Part shown: positions 59,158-64,000 of the stretch, one piece after another
Numbering within the stretch: the first letter of the stretch is position 1
How the letters are laid out: every line of letters begins with the position of its first letter
Assembly: GCA_963662665.2 (NCBI GenBank)
Contig: CAXXJS010000061.1
Location: forward strand, 1 to 64,000
DNA: 64,000 nucleotides
Direction: 5' to 3'
DNA from: Candidatus Latescibacterota bacterium
Lineage (GTDB): Bacteria > Latescibacterota > UBA2968 > GCA-2709665
The notes under the pieces: generated by a model
Database searches by the model: none
Seen by the model: only the letters and a program-made list of their open reading frames with translations
What the model was told of the DNA's origin: nothing
Position numbers and translations under genes: made by a program

Positions 59158-59310
59158 CGCAATCGTCCTGTAACAGACGGGATCCCGCTGCGACGTCCCT
59201 CAGGCGACCAGGCGCCGTAGTCAACGGTTTCGCGATTCGGGTGCGGTGAGGCGTTCTCTGCGTGGCGCCGTCGTTGACCCGGCAACCCGAGTTCAGGAAG
59301 GCTTGAAGAG

Positions 59311-59964
59311 ATGACAGATCGAATCACCGATGATGACTTCGCCGAACAGCGTTCTGCGATCGATTCAGATATGGATGCTGGCGGAGATCGTGACCAGCTC
59401 GATCAGGCAATTCGTACGGAAGCCGATGGACTGCTTAGGACAAAAGGCTTGAGAGGTCTACTCGAAGACTACGGTACTCCCCATGTCACGGGTAGTTACG
59501 CGTTGCACCTGATGACCTGGAGGGATCTCGATATCTGTCTGGAAGCGCCGAATTTATCTGAGGGATCGTTCTTTCGTCTGGGAGGCAGGATCGCATCCTG
59601 CCTTGCGCCGGTAAGAATGAGTTTTCGCAATGAACGCATAAACCGGACTCCAAACCTACCGTTGGGTCTCTATTGGGGTGTCTATCTCGGGGATGAGAGA
59701 AAAGGCGCATGGAAGATTGATATCTGGGCCGTTGATTCTGAAGAATGCGAGCGCCAGCTTCAGTTTAATCGACGGCTTGCAGCGGCCCTGACACCTTCAT
59801 TTCGCAGTAAGATTCTCAGCATCAAACAGGCCTGTTGGAAGGATCCTGGATATCGGAAGACGTATACGAGTCAAGACATATACCGTGCGGTGATCGAACA
59901 AGGCATAGAGGACGTTGATGGCTTCAAAGACCACATGAAGGGCAGGGGCGTGAGCGTCTGTTAA
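59311..59964 (+). CDS. Nucleotidyltransferase-like hypothetical protein
   Basis: TGSYALHLMTWRDLDI, WKIDIW; stop overlaps R''-like TGTTAAC. Confidence 0.65.
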   Translation: MTDRITDDDFAEQRSAIDSDMDAGGDRDQLDQAIRTEADGLLRTKGLRGLLEDYGTPHVTGSYALHLMTWRDLDICLEAPNLSEGSFFRLGGRIASCLAPVRMSFRNERINRTPNLPLGLYWGVYLGDERKGAWKIDIWAVDSEECERQLQFNRRLAAALTPSFRSKILSIKQACWKDPGYRKTYTSQDIYRAVIEQGIEDVDGFKDHMKGRGVSVC

Positions 59965-60125
59965 CACCATGGCGGCTGCGGGCTTTTCGGTTCTTCGCAC
60001 AACCGATACGGCGGCATATACTCATAGGTTCCGAGAAAGTCACGCTTCACTTTCATTCCGACAATTCATCACCTCAGGTTTTGAATGACTGCTCCAAAAC
60101 CTCACTTTCGGTCTTCAGGCATTGA

Positions 60126-60314
60126 CCTTGATTCGTAGTTCTTCGGGGAAGTAAAACTGAATATATGCAAGTAGAAAAAGGCGATTGACTTCTGATTACC
60201 AGGATACACCAGGTCACTGGACGTGAACTCAAATAATGTCCTTCTTGACGACCGTTACGCCCCGTTTCACGGATTTTCGTCGCGTTGCCGAGTTGCTGTT
60301 TTTTCGGATTGGGG
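60126..60314 (-). mobile_element. ~190-bp MITE-like element, copy 5
   Basis: Reverse-complement homolog; flanks TTGA/TTAA. Confidence 0.75.
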
Positions 60315-60471
60315 TTAATTGCCTGCGGCGATTTACTATTTTTCGAGTCCGCGTCATTTAACTGCAGGGTCTGTGCCGCGGCGCGGAGCCTGTCCTGAGT
60401 TCACCGAACGGGCGCCCTGGCCTCCTGCAAATCGCTTTGCGAGTCCAGAAACCGGAATAACTTTAGACGAT

Positions 60472-61083
60472 ATGGGAATGGGACATCGACGAGCAAGACT
60501 CGCTTCTCCGCAGCACCGGATCGGGCGGCGGATCCATGTGGTTGGCAATAGTTGCTCCGGAAAAAGTACCCTGGGTAAACAGTTGGCGGCCGACCTTCAG
60601 GTCCCGTTTGTGGAATTGGATGCACTCAATTGGCAACCCGGCTGGGTGGGGTTACACGAAACAGATCCGGAGGAGTTTGAGAGACTCATCGCGAAGGCGA
60701 CTGATGGAGACGGATGGGTTGTCGCTGGTTCATATATGAGTTTTTCGCAACGGGTTTTCTGGCCGCGATTGGAGACGGTGGTCTGGCTGGATTTACCCGT
60801 GTACCGGCTCGTCTGGCGCGTACTCTCGCGATCGTGGCGACGCTGGCGGTCAAACGAACTGCTATGGGGCACCAACTATGAGCGGTTTTGGCCCACGCTG
60901 AAGATCTGGAACAAGGAAGACTCACTCGTGTGGTGGATAGTTACGCAGCATAGGCGTAAACGCCGGAACATGCGAGCATATATGTCAGAGCCTCGCTGGA
61001 AGCACATACAGTTCATGCGTCTCGGATCATCGGCCGAAGTTGCTGTATTTTCTCCTGTCAGCGGAATGAAGCCGCAGGCCTGA
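60472..61083 (+). CDS. Adenylate kinase-like P-loop protein (FlaR/topology modulation family)
   Basis: RIHVVGNSCSGKST, ELDALNW, WVVAGSY. Confidence 0.85.
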   Translation: MGMGHRRARLASPQHRIGRRIHVVGNSCSGKSTLGKQLAADLQVPFVELDALNWQPGWVGLHETDPEEFERLIAKATDGDGWVVAGSYMSFSQRVFWPRLETVVWLDLPVYRLVWRVLSRSWRRWRSNELLWGTNYERFWPTLKIWNKEDSLVWWIVTQHRRKRRNMRAYMSEPRWKHIQFMRLGSSAEVAVFSPVSGMKPQA

Positions 61084-61143
61084 ATCTCGTGCGCAGTGTC
61101 TTTCTGAGAGACAGATGGGAATTCGAACCCGTACGAAGAAGAG

Positions 61144-61878
61144 ATGTACGTTACAAAGGAAGGAATACGCTTGAACAGCCAGAACGATGTTCCCGGAATG
61201 GCGCTGATACCGGCAGGAGAATTTTTGATGGGCGCCGTGAATAACGATGATATGGGTTACACCGGAGCCTTCCTTGAAGAGAATCCCCAGCACCAAGTCA
61301 ATCTGGAAGCATACGCTATCGATACCCATCTGGTTTCGGTAGAGCAGTATCACGGATTCATGCAGGCGGCAGACTATCGCCCTGAGACCTGGCAGGACAA
61401 CTGGCTGGATGCACCCATTCAGCCTGTCAGGAGTATTTCATTGCCGGATGTTCTCCAATATTGTGATTGGGCGGGAAAGAGGCTGCCCACCGAGGCGGAA
61501 TGGGAGAAGGCGGCCAGAGGAGGCCTGGTCAACCAGCTGTTTCCGTGGGGTGACGATGCCTTTGATGGATCGCAGGCGGCAGATCGCAAGATAGAAGAAG
61601 GCCCTCCGGACGTCGGTACGTTCCCACCAAACGGGTTCGGACTCTACGACATGGTTGGCTCCTTGTGGCAATGGTGCAGAGATGACAGGCGACTCTATAC
61701 CAATGACCGCAGACATTGTCCCATAGGGCCCCTGGGAGGTGAAACGCGGTCGGCACGGGGAGGCGACTGGTATACCAGCCCGTTTCATAAGCGATGCTCC
61801 AGGCGGGGGGGCGTGCGCTTGAGAGGCGGGTCGGGAAATCTGGGATTCCGTTGTGTCCGGGACGAAATCAATGCCTGA
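61144..61878 (+). CDS. FGE-sulfatase (SUMF1/EgtB-like) domain protein
   Basis: IPAGEFLMG, RLPTEAEWEKAARG, NGFGLYDM, NLGFRC. Confidence 0.92.
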   Translation: MYVTKEGIRLNSQNDVPGMALIPAGEFLMGAVNNDDMGYTGAFLEENPQHQVNLEAYAIDTHLVSVEQYHGFMQAADYRPETWQDNWLDAPIQPVRSISLPDVLQYCDWAGKRLPTEAEWEKAARGGLVNQLFPWGDDAFDGSQAADRKIEEGPPDVGTFPPNGFGLYDMVGSLWQWCRDDRRLYTNDRRHCPIGPLGGETRSARGGDWYTSPFHKRCSRRGGVRLRGGSGNLGFRCVRDEINA

Positions 61879-62069
61879 CCTTGATTCGACATTTTTCCGG
61901 GACGTTAAATCGAGTATAGGTAAGTGGATAAAGGTGATTTAACGGCTGATTACCAGGATACACCAGGTCACTGGACGCAAACTGAAAAAATGTCCTTTTT
62001 GACGACCGTTGCGCCCCGTTTCAGGGGTTTTCGTCGCGTCGTCGAGTTGCTGTTTTTTTCGGATTGGGG
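61879..62069 (-). mobile_element. ~190-bp MITE-like element, copy 6
   Basis: Reverse-complement homolog; directly after the TGA stop; flanks CTGA/TTAA. Confidence 0.75.
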
Positions 62070-62123
62070 TTAACTCTGACGGGTCCACTCCACAACCGCC
62101 GTTCATGCGAGGAGAGTTTAGAG

Positions 62124-63332
62124 ATGAGCCATGAATTCAGCGTTCGTGCAGTCAATTGTGATCACCGGGCCTCCGACGAGGCGGTCTACGAGAACCTGGT
62201 ACGGGCCACCGCCCCGCTTGAGCGTTCCTGGGAGAAGCTGGAGAAGGCAGGCCGCATCGCGCTCAAGTTCAACATGGGGCATACGAATGTGATGCATTTC
62301 AAGGGCCGCCGCCGGGAGCTTGTCGACGACGCCGTCTGCCGGGCCGTCCTTCGGCTCCTGCGCGAGCGGACCTCTGCGGATCTTGTCGCCGCAGACACGT
62401 TCTGCCGGGACGCGTCCGGGGCCGTGACGGACTACTTCAACTATCTTCCGCTGCTGGAGGAATTCGGCGTCGAGCACGTGGAATCCAATTTCCCGCCGTT
62501 CGCCGAGTATGACGTGCCCGGCGGTGGCAGCATGTTTCAACGCTACACGCTCAGCCGGTGCTTCAGCGAAGCGGATGAGGTCATTTCCGTCGCCAAGATG
62601 AAGAACCACCTGTTTATGGGTGTCACGCTTTGCACGAAGAACCTGTTCGGGCTCACGCCCACGATCCCGCCTGAGGGACGCGTGCGGACGTACTTCCATC
62701 ACGCAATCCGGCTGTCCTACGTGCTCCCGGATCTGGCGCGCATTACCAACCCGTGTCTCAATATCGTGGACGCCACGACCGGTCAATGGGGCCGTGAATG
62801 GGACGGTGAGGGCCGCGTGTGCGACACCCTGATCGCGGGCGATCAGATCATCGCCACCGATGCCGTCAGCGCGAGCCTGATGGGGCACGATCCAGCGTCC
62901 GATTGGCCGACGCCGCCATTCCGCCGCGACCGCAACCATCTGCTCGTGGCCGCGCAGAGCGGATTCGGGACGGTCGATCTGGACGAAATTGACTTCGAGA
63001 GTGAGGTTGAGGGTCCCTTGAACGAATTCGACTCTGAAGAGGAAGATCCGCCTGCGATCATGGCCACCGTAAGAGAAACGGCCTGCGAGCAGGGACTGTT
63101 CTATCGCGATCGTATGCAATCGATGATCGAGAAACACGGAGGAAACTTCGTCTATCTGCAGGATGGCGAGGTCAAATGGAGCGGCGAGAACCCGGCGCAC
63201 ATCAGGAGCCACCGCGAGTTTACCGGCAAGAAGCCGGGTAGCGCGTTGTTTCTCAAGAAGGTCGATCCCGAGGAACGCGAAGGCGAGCGCTTTGAGGCTT
63301 ATGAGGATTGCCTTAGACGAATGCGCGCCTGA
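62124..63332 (+). CDS. DUF362 family protein
   Basis: LKFNM, VAKMKNH...VTLCTKNLFG, IVDA, ATDAV. Confidence 0.8.
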   Translation: MSHEFSVRAVNCDHRASDEAVYENLVRATAPLERSWEKLEKAGRIALKFNMGHTNVMHFKGRRRELVDDAVCRAVLRLLRERTSADLVAADTFCRDASGAVTDYFNYLPLLEEFGVEHVESNFPPFAEYDVPGGGSMFQRYTLSRCFSEADEVISVAKMKNHLFMGVTLCTKNLFGLTPTIPPEGRVRTYFHHAIRLSYVLPDLARITNPCLNIVDATTGQWGREWDGEGRVCDTLIAGDQIIATDAVSASLMGHDPASDWPTPPFRRDRNHLLVAAQSGFGTVDLDEIDFESEVEGPLNEFDSEEEDPPAIMATVRETACEQGLFYRDRMQSMIEKHGGNFVYLQDGEVKWSGENPAHIRSHREFTGKKPGSALFLKKVDPEEREGERFEAYEDCLRRMRA

Positions 63333-63387
63333 GGCAGCCGCGGCCAGACGCAACGCGTCAACCGCGGAAGACTCTAGGGCACTCGAA

Positions 63388-64000
63388 ATGATCGGCTCTG
63401 AAAGCCAACCTATTATCGTACTTGGTGTGGAGCGTAGCGGGACATCTGTTGTTGCTGAGATGGTGCACGCATGGGGAGCGTACGCTGGCCCTTCCGAACA
63501 GTTGCACGCAGCTGATGCGCACGCACCCAGAGGATATTGGGAATATCTGCCGTTGTGGGATTTTCTGGCCGAGTTAGGGGATTTTGCTTCCGGAGCGACG
63601 TGGTGGGACGCTGAATTCCAGCAGCGAATGGAAGACAGAGCCTCTGAACCGGGTTACAGAATTAAAGCCGCTGAACTGATGTCAGAAATGGACGAGGGTG
63701 GTAAGTGGTTCTGGAAGGATCCTGCGCTCTGCCATTATTTGCCGTTTTTTAAGCAAATTTGGGGAGAGGCGATTTATCTGATCACCGTTCGCCACCCTCT
63801 CGACACAGCCGTGTCATGGCAAAAGTTCATCATGCCGCCCAATTTGAATGTCCGGATCTCGTTTGCGGCGACGAATCTGCTTCGCTGGCAGCACATGATG
63901 GCGCTGATCCTGCGCTACACCGACGACGCGGCGTACCGGCTTTTTGTTGGGTACGAAGATATCATGCGAAATCCACACCTGCAGGCCGAGAGATTGTCCA
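63388..64000 (+). CDS. Sulfotransferase family protein (3' end outside window)
   Basis: IIVLGVERSGTS, PRGYWE, WKDP, VRHPLD. Confidence 0.85.
   Translation, partial: MIGSESQPIIVLGVERSGTSVVAEMVHAWGAYAGPSEQLHAADAHAPRGYWEYLPLWDFLAELGDFASGATWWDAEFQQRMEDRASEPGYRIKAAELMSEMDEGGKWFWKDPALCHYLPFFKQIWGEAIYLITVRHPLDTAVSWQKFIMPPNLNVRISFAATNLLRWQHMMALILRYTDDAAYRLFVGYEDIMRNPHLQAERLS

Noticed and set aside
12096-62069. CRISPR array explanation for the repeats
   Set aside because: Repeats are 50-200 bp, kilobases apart and separated by genes; no cas genes seen.
1-64000. tRNA or rRNA genes
   Set aside because: None recognised by eye; not scanned computationally.

Overview
GC-rich bacterial DNA; the gene content resembles Latescibacterota/Poribacteria-like lineages (inference only). 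Bases 1-11.8 kb are core chromosome: the end of a heme-copper cytochrome c oxidase operon with ctaA, ctaB, an ABC-2 transporter and SCO, then a lipoprotein, a flippase, a family-B DNA polymerase and a peptidoglycan-binding membrane protein. From about 11.8 kb to the window end lies a long, almost entirely + strand integron-type gene-cassette array. It has at least 15 attC-like palindromes, and several cassette starts are reverse-complementary to their own R'' boxes. Cargo includes methyltransferases, nucleotidyl-, phospho- and acetyltransferases, toxin-antitoxin pairs, glycosidase-like proteins, purC and several gene fragments. No intact integrase is present. Instead, four copies of a module made of an integrase 3' tail plus a ~130-bp attI-like region ending in GTT are spread through the array (12.2, 16.3, 29.1 and 45.5 kb), in two sequence subfamilies. 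Six copies of a ~190-bp MITE-like element are also interspersed. All product calls come from motif recognition by eye; no database searches were run.
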